This document shows, in pieces, positions 1 to 8,902 of a stretch of DNA of 64,000 nucleotides (position 1 is the first letter of the stretch; every line of letters starts with the position of its first letter). The DNA is from an uncultured Desulfarculus sp. (lineage in GTDB: Bacteria > Desulfobacterota > Desulfarculia > Desulfarculales > Desulfarculaceae). The DNA lies in contig CAXXUK010000001.1 in NCBI GenBank assembly GCA_963665125.2, positions 1,824,001 to 1,888,000 of the forward strand. The letters are read 5' to 3'. Made by a program: the position numbers and the translations under genes. Under the pieces are notes generated by a model. The model had not been told where the DNA came from. It saw only the letters and a program-made list of their open reading frames with translations, and made no database searches.

Positions 1-783
1 TCGGTGGCGGCCAACGTCCAGTACTCAGTCAACATGGCCGCCGAGTATGACGACAACGGCGTATACGCCACAATTGACGCAACGGCCAGCACGCTGACCG
101 TCAACCTGATCGATGTCGACTTGGGCGACAACAGCGCCACCCTGACCTGCTCCTACAGCACCATCACCCTGGGCGGGGCCACCTTCAGCGGCGGCGGGGT
201 CAACACCGACATCATTGCTTCGGCAGTGCAAGACTCTGACGGCTCGGGCTATGAGTTGCAACTGGCAGACTCCAGCGGCGGCTATATGCGGATAGTGCTG
301 TCCGACGGCAGAGCGTTAACGGCCAACGCCACCACCATCGGTGGTACGCCCACCGCCGGCACCGCCGACCCCGCTTTGGCATTGTACGATGGCGCAGGCT
401 CGACCATCAATATCTGGCAAAAAGGTGGTGAATTTATCACCGACTGGTTCAGCTCCAATGCCTCGGGCGCGAGTTGGGATGGAGCCAACATCCAAACCCA
501 GAGCGGAGCCCAGCTTGCCCTGGCCCAGATCGACGCGGCCATCAACACCAAGGACACGGCCAGGGCCAGCCTCGGCGCCTTGCAAAACAGGCTGGAGAAC
601 ACCATCACCAACCTGCAGATCCAGGCGGAAAACCTGCAGGCCTCCGAGTCGCGCATCAGCGACGTTGACGTGGCCCTGGAGATGACCGAGTTCACACGCA
701 ACAACATCATGACCCAGGCTGCGGTGTCCATGCTGGCCCAGGCCAACAGCCTGCCGCAATTGGCCTTGCAGCTATTGGGATAG
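1..783 (+). CDS. fliC: Flagellin, copy A (5' part outside window)
   Basis: C-terminal flagellin motif ARASLGALQNRLE...ESRISDVDVALEMTEFTRNNIMTQAAVSMLAQANSLPQLALQLLG; frame open at window start. Confidence 0.95.
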   Translation, partial: SVAANVQYSVNMAAEYDDNGVYATIDATASTLTVNLIDVDLGDNSATLTCSYSTITLGGATFSGGGVNTDIIASAVQDSDGSGYELQLADSSGGYMRIVLSDGRALTANATTIGGTPTAGTADPALALYDGAGSTINIWQKGGEFITDWFSSNASGASWDGANIQTQSGAQLALAQIDAAINTKDTARASLGALQNRLENTITNLQIQAENLQASESRISDVDVALEMTEFTRNNIMTQAAVSMLAQANSLPQLALQLLG

Positions 784-811
784 CAGACAACCTGATTGAA
801 CGGGACCATTG

Positions 812-852
812 CGCTCCCCCTCTGAATGACCGGAGGGGGAGCGTTTTATTTT
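812..852 (+). terminator. Intrinsic terminator after flagellin A
   Basis: Stem CGCTCCCCCTC / GAGGGGGAGCG followed by TTTTATTTT. Confidence 0.85.
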
Positions 853-886
853 GACAGTATTTCCGCATGGAAATGCACAAGCCGTT

Positions 887-914
887 TAAAGATTCCGCCC
901 ATTCCTGCCGATAA
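887..914 (+). promoter_or_regulatory. Sigma28 (FliA) promoter of flagellin B
   Basis: TAAA-N16-GCCGATAA. Confidence 0.85.
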
Positions 915-1079
915 GAACAATAACTAGGGAATATCTGCGCCTTTGGTTTGATGATCCGAGCCAAAGGACAAAGCCGGAAAGGCACGGGGACCGCCCGACC
1001 GGCGCTGCAAAGGGAGTCCGGCACACTAGGCGCCTGATACGGATATCAGGCCAGGCCTAGGACCATGGAGGGGCTGATA

Positions 1080-2762
1080 ATGTCTTTGTATATTAACCAC
1101 AATATGATGGCCGCAAACGCGGCGCGCAACCTGTCAAACATCTACAGCAATCTTTCCACATCGGTGCAGCGTCTGTCTTCGGGCCTGCGGATCAACTCCG
1201 CCGCCGACGACGCCGCCGGTCTGGCCGTTCGCGAATTGATGAGGGCCGACATCGCCGTCATCAACCAGGGTGTGCGCAACGCCTCCGACGCCATCAGCAT
1301 GATCCAAACCGCTGAGGGCGCCATGAGCGTCATCGACGAAAAGCTCATCCGTATGAAGGAACTGGCCGAACAGGCGGCCACGGGCACCTACACCACGGCC
1401 CAGCGCCTGATCATGGACTCCGAGTATCAGGCAATGGCCGCGGAAATCGACCGTATCGCCAACGCCACCGACTTCAACGGCATCAAGCTCTTGGACGGCA
1501 CCCTGGCCACCCAGCACGACGGCAGCGGCCTGAAGGTCCACTTCGGCACGGGCAACGAATCCGCCGAGGACTACTACTTTGTCACCATCGGCGACATGAA
1601 GGCCACGTCCATCACCGGCCTGCAGGTGGGCGGCGGCTCGGGCGTCGAGAGCCTGTGGCGCACCACATATCTGGACCTGACCGACACCGACACCGACATC
1701 GTACCCACCAGCGGCACCTTCGGCATCCAGACCAGCACCGATGGCACCACCTGGACCACCTATGGCTACGTGAGCGTGGAGTCCACCGACACCCTGACCA
1801 CCCTGGCGGCAAAGGTCAGCGGCACTGCGGCCACCAACACCATCGACCTAACCGGCGCCAGCACAACCGCTCTTGACGGCGAAACACTCGTCGTCGACGG
1901 CCACACCTTCACCTTCAGTACGGCCAGCGCCGCGGTCACCGCCAACACCATCGGCGTGGCCGGCCTGTCCCTGGCATCGGTGGCGGCAAACGTCCAGTAC
2001 GCCATCAACACCGCCGCCACCTTGGGCAACGCCGACGCCGTGTTCGCCCAGATAGACGCCACGGCCAGCACCCTGTCGGTGACCCTGACCGACGGCACCA
2101 TGAACACCAACACCGCCACCCTGACCTGCTCCTACACCACCATCACCCTGGGCGGAGCCACCTTCAGCGGCGGCGGAGCCAGTACGGACATCACGGCCGA
2201 GGGCGTTGAGGACCCGAACGACGCGGGCTCTTACGAGTTACAGCTCACCAGCGCAGCCGGCAACTATGTCCGCCTGATCCAGACCAACGGCACGCCGTTC
2301 GCCGCCAACTCCACCACCAACGGCGGCGACCCGACCTCCGGCACCGCCGACACGGCACTGGCCCTCAACACCGGCGCGGCGGCATACGTGAACGACTGGC
2401 CCAGTGGCGATGAAGTGGAAGAATGGTTCACCAGCAACGCCTCGGGCGCCAGCTGGGATGGAGCCAATATCCAAACCCAGAGCGCGGCCCAGCTTGCCCT
2501 GGCCCAGATCGACGCGGCCATCAACACCAAGGACACGGCCCGGGCCAGCCTCGGCGCCTTGCAGAACAGGCTGGAGAACACCATCACCAACCTGCAGATC
2601 CAGGCGGAAAACCTGCAGGCCTCCGAGTCGCGCATCAGCGACGTTGACGTGGCCCTGGAGATGACCGAGTTCACCAGAAACAACATCATGACCCAGGCCG
2701 CGGTGTCCATGCTGGCCCAGGCCAACAGCCTGCCGCAATTGGCCTTGCAGCTATTGGGATAG
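1080..2762 (+). CDS. fliC: Flagellin, copy B (560 aa)
   Basis: MSLYINHNMMAANAARNL...RLSSGLRINSAADDAAGL N-terminus, flagellin C-terminus; SD GGAGG before ATG 1080. Confidence 0.97.
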   Translation: MSLYINHNMMAANAARNLSNIYSNLSTSVQRLSSGLRINSAADDAAGLAVRELMRADIAVINQGVRNASDAISMIQTAEGAMSVIDEKLIRMKELAEQAATGTYTTAQRLIMDSEYQAMAAEIDRIANATDFNGIKLLDGTLATQHDGSGLKVHFGTGNESAEDYYFVTIGDMKATSITGLQVGGGSGVESLWRTTYLDLTDTDTDIVPTSGTFGIQTSTDGTTWTTYGYVSVESTDTLTTLAAKVSGTAATNTIDLTGASTTALDGETLVVDGHTFTFSTASAAVTANTIGVAGLSLASVAANVQYAINTAATLGNADAVFAQIDATASTLSVTLTDGTMNTNTATLTCSYTTITLGGATFSGGGASTDITAEGVEDPNDAGSYELQLTSAAGNYVRLIQTNGTPFAANSTTNGGDPTSGTADTALALNTGAAAYVNDWPSGDEVEEWFTSNASGASWDGANIQTQSAAQLALAQIDAAINTKDTARASLGALQNRLENTITNLQIQAENLQASESRISDVDVALEMTEFTRNNIMTQAAVSMLAQANSLPQLALQLLG

Positions 2763-2790
2763 CAGACAGCCTGATTTAACGAGACCATTG

Positions 2791-2830
2791 CGCTCCCCCT
2801 CTGAATGACCGGAGGGGGAGCGTTTTATTT
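2791..2830 (+). terminator. Intrinsic terminator after flagellin B
   Basis: Same hairpin as 812-852 plus T-rich tail. Confidence 0.85.
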
Positions 2831-2865
2831 CGTCAGGGTTTCCGCCAGGAACCGCGCCAGAGCAT

Positions 2866-2893
2866 TCAAGATTCCGCCCATACGTGCCGATAA
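2866..2893 (+). promoter_or_regulatory. Sigma28 promoter of flagellin C
   Basis: TCAA-N16-GCCGATAA. Confidence 0.8.
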
Positions 2894-3058
2894 GAATCAT
2901 AACTAGGGAATATCCAGGGTTTTGGTTCGGTGATTTGAACCAAAGGCCCCAGTCGGAAAGGCACGGGGACCGCCCGACCGGCGCGGCAAAGGGAGTCCGG
3001 CACACTAGGCGCCTGATACGGATATCAGGCCAGGCCTAGGTCCATGGAGGGGCTGCAA

Positions 3059-4762
3059 GTGTCTCTATACATCAATCACAATATGATGGCCGCCAACGCG
3101 GCGCGCAATCTATCAAACATCTACAGCAACCTGTCCACATCGGTGCAGCGTTTGTCCTCGGGCCTGCGGATCAACTCCGCCGCCGACGACGCCGCCGGTC
3201 TGGCCGTTCGCGAATTGATGAGGGCCGACATCGCCGTCATCAACCAGGGCGTTCGCAACGCCTCCGACGCCATCAGCATGATCCAAACCGCCGAGGGCGC
3301 CATGAGCGTCATCGACGAAAAGCTCATCCGTATGAAGGAGCTGGCCGAGCAGGCGGCCACGGGCACCTACACCACGGCCCAGCGCCTGATCATGGACTCC
3401 GAGTATCAGGCAATGGCCGCGGAAATCGACCGTATCGCCAACGCCACCGACTTCAACGGCATCAAGCTCTTGGACGGAACCCTGGCCACCCAGCACGACG
3501 GCAGCGGCCTGAAGGTCCACTTCGGCACGGGTAACGAATCGGCCGAAGACTACTACTTCGTATCAATCGGCGACATGAAGGCCACCAGCGTCACCGGCCT
3601 GCAGGTGGGCGACGGCGGCGGTACCATGTCAACCGCCGGCGGATTTTTCCGGACCACCGGCCTGAACCTGACCGACACCGACACCGACACCATCGGCACC
3701 TCCGGCACCTTCGGCATCCAGGCCAGCTCAGACGGGACCAATTGGTCCTGTTACGGCTATCTGAAGATCGAGGCCAGCGACACTCTGGATGACCTGCTGG
3801 CCAAAATCAACGGGCTGGGCAATGCCGGCAACAGCGGATTTACAATAGATAATACGGCCACTTCGGCCAACCTTGCCGGCGACAACATCCGCATCGCCAA
3901 CCACGTATTCACCTTCAGCACCGCCATCTCCGGGGCCACGGCCAACACCATCGGCATGGCCGGCCTTTCCCTTGCCTCTATCGCGGCCAACACCCAGTAC
4001 GCAATAAACACCTGGGCCACGGTGGGCAACGCCAACGGAGTTTATGCCCTTGACCAGGGGACAGGCCACACGTTCGTTCTTTATGACAGCAATTTTGGGG
4101 CTGGCGCCACCACAGTTGGCACGTCCGACGCATTCCATATCATCGTTGCCCCCTCTACCATAATTGGTGGCGGCGTATTTGATGCCGTCTCGGCTTCGGC
4201 AGTGGAAGATCCGGACAACGCGGGCGAATATGAACTGCAATTGGAAGGCACCGATGGCTATCTTTTGCGTCTGACCCTTCCCGACGGTTCTCTCTTTACC
4301 GCAAACAGCTCCACGGACGGCGGCGCGCCCACGCTCGGCGCATCGCAAGCATCGTTTTCTATCAACACCGGCGCGGCGTCGTATGTAACCACTTGGAGCG
4401 ATGCCAACGAAGCCAGCGAGTGGTTCAGCAGCAACACCATACCCGGCAGTGCCTGGGACGGGGCCGACATCCAAACCCAGAGCGCGGCCCAGCTCGCCCT
4501 GGCCCAGATCGACGCGGCCATAAACCGCAAGGACACGGCCCGGGCCAGCCTCGGCGCCTTGCAGAACAGGCTAGAGAACACCATCACCAACCTGCAGATC
4601 CAGGCGGAAAACCTGCAGGCCTCCGAGTCGCGCATCAGCGACGTTGACGTGGCCCTGGAGATGACCGAGTTCACCCGGAACAACATCATGACCCAGGCCG
4701 CGGTGTCCATGCTGGCCCAGGCCAACAGCCTGCCCCAGCTGGCCTTGCAGCTACTGGGTTAA
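3059..4762 (+). CDS. fliC: Flagellin, copy C (567 aa, divergent central domain, GTG start)
   Basis: Conserved flagellin termini; start placed by alignment with the other copies and SD position. Confidence 0.95.
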   Translation: MSLYINHNMMAANAARNLSNIYSNLSTSVQRLSSGLRINSAADDAAGLAVRELMRADIAVINQGVRNASDAISMIQTAEGAMSVIDEKLIRMKELAEQAATGTYTTAQRLIMDSEYQAMAAEIDRIANATDFNGIKLLDGTLATQHDGSGLKVHFGTGNESAEDYYFVSIGDMKATSVTGLQVGDGGGTMSTAGGFFRTTGLNLTDTDTDTIGTSGTFGIQASSDGTNWSCYGYLKIEASDTLDDLLAKINGLGNAGNSGFTIDNTATSANLAGDNIRIANHVFTFSTAISGATANTIGMAGLSLASIAANTQYAINTWATVGNANGVYALDQGTGHTFVLYDSNFGAGATTVGTSDAFHIIVAPSTIIGGGVFDAVSASAVEDPDNAGEYELQLEGTDGYLLRLTLPDGSLFTANSSTDGGAPTLGASQASFSINTGAASYVTTWSDANEASEWFSSNTIPGSAWDGADIQTQSAAQLALAQIDAAINRKDTARASLGALQNRLENTITNLQIQAENLQASESRISDVDVALEMTEFTRNNIMTQAAVSMLAQANSLPQLALQLLG

Positions 4763-4794
4763 CAGCACTTAAAGAACTTGGCCCAGCCATCGTA

Positions 4795-4831
4795 GCGCTC
4801 CCTATTCGGACCGCCGAACAGGGAGTGTTTT
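4795..4831 (+). terminator. Probable terminator after flagellin C
   Basis: GCGCTCCCT-ATTCGG...CCGAA-C-AGGGAGTGT imperfect stem followed by TTT. Confidence 0.6.
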
Positions 4832-4868
4832 AGGTAGGTTGCCTAATCAAAAAAAACAAAAAAAAGAC

Positions 4869-4896
4869 TCAAGTTCAACCCAAACAATGCCGAAAA
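4869..4896 (+). promoter_or_regulatory. Sigma28 promoter of flagellin D
   Basis: TCAA-N16-GCCGAAAA, preceded by A8-C-A8 tract. Confidence 0.75.
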
Positions 4897-5072
4897 GAAT
4901 TATGAGAGCCAAAGAAGGCGACGGCCTTCAAAGGTCCATGGGGATGGACCGGGCGATCACTAAGAATTGGCACGGGGACCCGCCAAAAACAAGAAACTAG
5001 GGAGTTCAAAAAACCTTTGCCGCATCGATATGGACATCGGCCGCGGCGCAAAAGTCCAAGGAGGGGACCAAT

Positions 5073-6755
5073 ATGTCTTTGTACATTAACCACAACATGA
5101 TGGCCGCAAACGCGGCGCGCAACCTGTCAAACATCTACAGCAACCTTTCCACATCGGTGCAGCGTCTTTCTTCGGGCCTGCGGATCAACTCCGCCGCCGA
5201 CGACGCCGCCGGTCTGGCCGTTCGCGAGTTGATGAGGGCCGACATCGCCGTCATCAACCAGGGCGTTCGCAACGCCTCCGACGCCATCAGCATGATCCAA
5301 ACCGCTGAGGGCGCCATGAGCGTTATCGACGAAAAGCTCATCCGTATGAAGGAACTGGCCGAACAGGCGGCCACGGGTACCTACACCACGGCCCAGCGTC
5401 TGATCATGGACTCCGAGTATCAGGCAATGGCCGCGGAAATCGACCGTATCGCCAACGCCACCGACTTCAACGGCATCAAGCTGCTGGACGGCTCCCTGGC
5501 CACTCTGCACGACGGCACCGGCCTTAAGGTCCACTTCGGCACGGGCAACGAGGCCGCCGAGGACTACTACTTCGTGTCCATCGGCGACATGAAGGCCACG
5601 TCCATCACCGGCCTGCAGGTGGGCGGCGGCTCGGGCATCGAAAGTCTGTGGCGCACCACCGGTCTGGATATGACCGACGCCGACACCGACACCATGGCCA
5701 ACGCCGGCACCTTCGGAATCCAGACCAGCACCGACGGCACCACCTGGACCACCTACGGCTTCCTGACCGTCGAGACCACCGATACACTGACCACCCTGGC
5801 GGCAAAGGTCAGCGGAACCGCGGCCACCAACACCATCGACCTGACCGGCGCCAGCACAACCGCCCTTGACGGCGAAACACTCGTTGTCGACGGCCACACC
5901 TTCACCTTCAGCACGGCCAGCGCCGCGGTCACCGCCAACACCATCGGCGTGGCCGGCCTGTCCCTGGCATCGGTGGCGGCAAACGTCCAGTACGCCATCA
6001 ACACCGCCGCCACGGTGGGCAACTCCAACGCCGTGTTCGCCCAGATCGACGCCACGGCCAGCACCCTGTCGGTGACCCTGACCGACGGCACCATGAACAG
6101 CAACACCGCCACCCTGACCTGCTCCTACACCACCATCACCCTGGGCGGAGCCACCTTCAGCGGCGGCGGAGCCAGTACGGACATCACCGCTTCGGCCATT
6201 GAGGATCCGGACAACGCGGGCGAATACGAGTTGCAGCTCAGCAGCGCAGCCGGCAATTATGTCCGCCTGGTCCAGACCGACGGCACACCGTTCGCCGCCA
6301 ACTCCACCACCAACGGTGGAGCACCGACCGCCGGCACCGCCGACACGGCCCTGGCCCTCAACACCGCCGCGGCCACACACGTCTCCGACTGGAACGATGG
6401 TGACGATGTGGCCGAATGGTTCAGCAGCAACTCCTCGGGCGCCAGCTGGGATGGAGCCAATATCCAGACCCAGAGCGCGGCCCAGCTTGCCCTGGCCCAG
6501 ATCGACGCGGCCATCAACACCAAGGACACGGCCCGGGCCAGCCTCGGCGCCTTGCAGAACAGGCTGGAGAACACCATCACCAACCTGCAGATCCAGGCGG
6601 AAAACCTCCAGGCCTCCGAGTCGCGCATCAGCGACGTTGACGTGGCCCTGGAGATGACCGAGTTCACCAGAAACAACATCATGACCCAGGCCGCGGTGTC
6701 CATGCTGGCCCAGGCCAACAGCCTGCCCCAGCTGGCTCTCCAGCTCTTGGGATAG
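5073..6755 (+). CDS. fliC: Flagellin, copy D (560 aa)
   Basis: Flagellin termini; SD AAGGAGG. Confidence 0.97.
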   Translation: MSLYINHNMMAANAARNLSNIYSNLSTSVQRLSSGLRINSAADDAAGLAVRELMRADIAVINQGVRNASDAISMIQTAEGAMSVIDEKLIRMKELAEQAATGTYTTAQRLIMDSEYQAMAAEIDRIANATDFNGIKLLDGSLATLHDGTGLKVHFGTGNEAAEDYYFVSIGDMKATSITGLQVGGGSGIESLWRTTGLDMTDADTDTMANAGTFGIQTSTDGTTWTTYGFLTVETTDTLTTLAAKVSGTAATNTIDLTGASTTALDGETLVVDGHTFTFSTASAAVTANTIGVAGLSLASVAANVQYAINTAATVGNSNAVFAQIDATASTLSVTLTDGTMNSNTATLTCSYTTITLGGATFSGGGASTDITASAIEDPDNAGEYELQLSSAAGNYVRLVQTDGTPFAANSTTNGGAPTAGTADTALALNTAAATHVSDWNDGDDVAEWFSSNSSGASWDGANIQTQSAAQLALAQIDAAINTKDTARASLGALQNRLENTITNLQIQAENLQASESRISDVDVALEMTEFTRNNIMTQAAVSMLAQANSLPQLALQLLG

Positions 6756-6786
6756 TGATGTAGCCATCAACTGATACCCAATCACG

Positions 6787-6816
6787 GGTCCCGGCTTCGG
6801 CCGGGACCTTTTTTTT
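6787..6816 (+). terminator. Intrinsic terminator after flagellin D
   Basis: GGTCCCGGC-TTCG-GCCGGGACC followed by T8. Confidence 0.92.
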
Positions 6817-6868
6817 GCCGTTTTTCAGGCCGTCGCATCGAAAAAAGTAAAAATCCACCCCCCGAAAT

Positions 6869-6896
6869 TAAAGATTTATCCAATTCCTTCCGATGA
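6869..6896 (+). promoter_or_regulatory. Sigma28 promoter of flagellin E
   Basis: TAAA-N16-TCCGATGA, same spacing as the other three. Confidence 0.7.
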
Positions 6897-7050
6897 GTTA
6901 ATTGGGTGAATAGAAGGTGACGACCTTCTTAAGAATTAGGGCAGAGGCGCCGCCCACTTGGACACCAGGCTCAGAAGCAAGGGGAGTCAACATTAACCGC
7001 CGGGAATGGATTTCCATGGCGGTTGGCACCTAGCCAAGGAGGGGACTTAA

Positions 7051-8733
7051 ATGTCTTTATACATCAACCACAACATGATGGCTGCAAACGCAGCCCGAAA
7101 CCTGTCGAATATCTACAGCAACTTATCGACATCGGTGCAGCGTCTGTCTTCGGGCCTGAGGGTCAACTCGGCCGCCGACGACGCCGCCGGTCTGGCCGTC
7201 CGCGAGCTGATGAGGGCCGACATCGCAGTGCTCAACCAGGGCGTACGCAACGCCTCCGACGCCATCAGCATGATCCAAACCGCTGAGGGCGCCATGAGCG
7301 TCATCGACGAAAAGCTCATCCGTATGAAGGAACTGGCCGAACAGGCGGCCACGGGTACCTACACCACGGCCCAGCGTCTGATCATGGACTCCGAGTATCA
7401 GGCAATGGCCGCAGAAATCGACCGTATCGCCAACGCCACCGACTTCAACGGCATCAAGCTGCTGGATGGCACCCTGGCCACCCAACACGACGGTTCCGGC
7501 CTGAAGGTCCACTTCGGCACGGGTAACGAATCGGCCGAGGACTACTACTTTGTCACCATCGGCGACATGCGTGCCACCGAGATCACCGGCCTGCAGGTGG
7601 GCGGCGGCTCGGGCATCGAAAGTCTGTGGCGCACCACCGGCCTGGATATGACCGACGCCGACACCGACACCATGGCCAACGCCGGCACCTTCGGAATCCA
7701 GACCAGCACCGACGGCACCACCTGGACCACCTACGGCTTCCTGACCGTCGAGACCACCGACACACTGACCACCCTGGCGGCAAAGGTCAGCGGAACCGCG
7801 GCCACCAACACCATCGACCTGACCGGCGCCAGCACAACCGCCCTTGACGGCGAAACACTCGTTGTCGACGGCCACACCTTCACCTTCAGCACGGCCAGCG
7901 CCGCGGTCACCGCCAACACCATCGGCGTGGCCGGCCTGTCCCTGGCATCGGTGGCGGCAAACGTCCAGTACGCCATCAACACCGCCGCCACGGTGGGCAA
8001 CTCCAACGCCGTGTTCGCCCAGATCGACGCCACGGCCAGCACCCTGTCGGTGACTCTGACCGACGGCACCATGAACAGCAACACCGCCACCCTGACCTGC
8101 TCCTACACCACCATCACCCTGGGCGGAGCCACCTTCAGCGGCGGCGGAGCCAGTACGGACATCACCGCTTCGGCCATTGAGGATCCGGACAACGCGGGCG
8201 AATACGAGTTGCAGCTCAGCAGCGCAGCCGGCAATTATGTCCGCCTGGTCCAGACCGACGGCACGCCGTTCGCCGCCAACTCCACCACCAACGGTGGAGC
8301 ACCGACCGCCGGCACCGCCGACACGGCCCTGGCCCTCAACACCGCCGCGGCCACACACGTCTCCGACTGGAACGATGGTGACGATGTGGCCGAATGGTTC
8401 AGCAGCAACTCCTCGGGCGCCAGCTGGGATGGAGCCAATATCCAGACCCAGAGCGCGGCCCAGCTTGCCCTGGCCCAGATCGACGCGGCCATCAACACCA
8501 AGGACACGGCCCGGGCCAGCCTCGGCGCCTTGCAGAACAGGCTGGAGAACACCATCACCAACCTGCAGGTCCAGGCGGAAAACCTGCAATCGGCCGAATC
8601 GCGCATCAGCGACGTTGACGTGGCCCTGGAGATGACCGAGTTCACCAGAAACAACATCATGACCCAGGCTGCGGTGTCCATGCTGGCCCAGGCCAACAGC
8701 CTGCCGCAGTTGGCCCTCCAGCTCCTGGGTTAA
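7051..8733 (+). CDS. fliC: Flagellin, copy E (560 aa)
   Basis: Flagellin termini; SD AAGGAGG. Confidence 0.97.
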   Translation: MSLYINHNMMAANAARNLSNIYSNLSTSVQRLSSGLRVNSAADDAAGLAVRELMRADIAVLNQGVRNASDAISMIQTAEGAMSVIDEKLIRMKELAEQAATGTYTTAQRLIMDSEYQAMAAEIDRIANATDFNGIKLLDGTLATQHDGSGLKVHFGTGNESAEDYYFVTIGDMRATEITGLQVGGGSGIESLWRTTGLDMTDADTDTMANAGTFGIQTSTDGTTWTTYGFLTVETTDTLTTLAAKVSGTAATNTIDLTGASTTALDGETLVVDGHTFTFSTASAAVTANTIGVAGLSLASVAANVQYAINTAATVGNSNAVFAQIDATASTLSVTLTDGTMNSNTATLTCSYTTITLGGATFSGGGASTDITASAIEDPDNAGEYELQLSSAAGNYVRLVQTDGTPFAANSTTNGGAPTAGTADTALALNTAAATHVSDWNDGDDVAEWFSSNSSGASWDGANIQTQSAAQLALAQIDAAINTKDTARASLGALQNRLENTITNLQVQAENLQSAESRISDVDVALEMTEFTRNNIMTQAAVSMLAQANSLPQLALQLLG

Positions 8734-8760
8734 ACCTAGACAAACACAGAGACCCGATTC

Positions 8761-8800
8761 AAACACGGGTTCCGGCGCAGGCCGGAGCCCGTGTTTTTAT
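8761..8800 (+). terminator. Intrinsic terminator ending the flagellin array
   Basis: AAACACGGGTTCCGGC-GCAG-GCCGGAGCCCGTGTTT plus T tail. Confidence 0.88.
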
Positions 8801-8812
8801 GGCCCGCCACTT

Positions 8813-8828
8813 TGGTCCTGATTTTGCA
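8813..8828 (+). promoter_or_regulatory. Candidate sigma54 promoter
   Basis: TGGTCCTGATTTTGCA = GG-N10-GC. Confidence 0.6.
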
Positions 8829-8902
8829 TAAATCACATGCAATTTAGATTAGCCAACAGCCGAAACAATGCCTCGGACCATATATTTACGGGAGAAATGC
8901 CC

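Noticed and set aside
859..874. Palindrome ATTTCC-GCAT-GGAAAT upstream of the flagellin B promoter (TTCC-N4-GGAA also at 2840)
   Set aside because: Only present in the two paralogous spacers and short; cannot be separated from shared ancestry or chance
961..1030. Resemblance of the flagellin leader to a c-di-GMP-I riboswitch (GGACAAA...GAAA...GCAAAG)
   Set aside because: Spacing and P1/P2 pairing do not fit the GEMM consensus, and these words are absent from leaders D and E
1065..1079. Upstream ATG starts (MEGLI/MEGLQ) for flagellins B and C in the ORF track
   Set aside because: The ATG lies inside the SD/GGA element; copies D and E show the true start is MSLYINHN
5127..8766. Long antisense ORFs (552 and 547 aa) opposite flagellins D and E
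   Set aside because: Shadow frames caused by strong C/G third-position bias; the equivalent frame is interrupted in copies B and C, and there are no protein motifs
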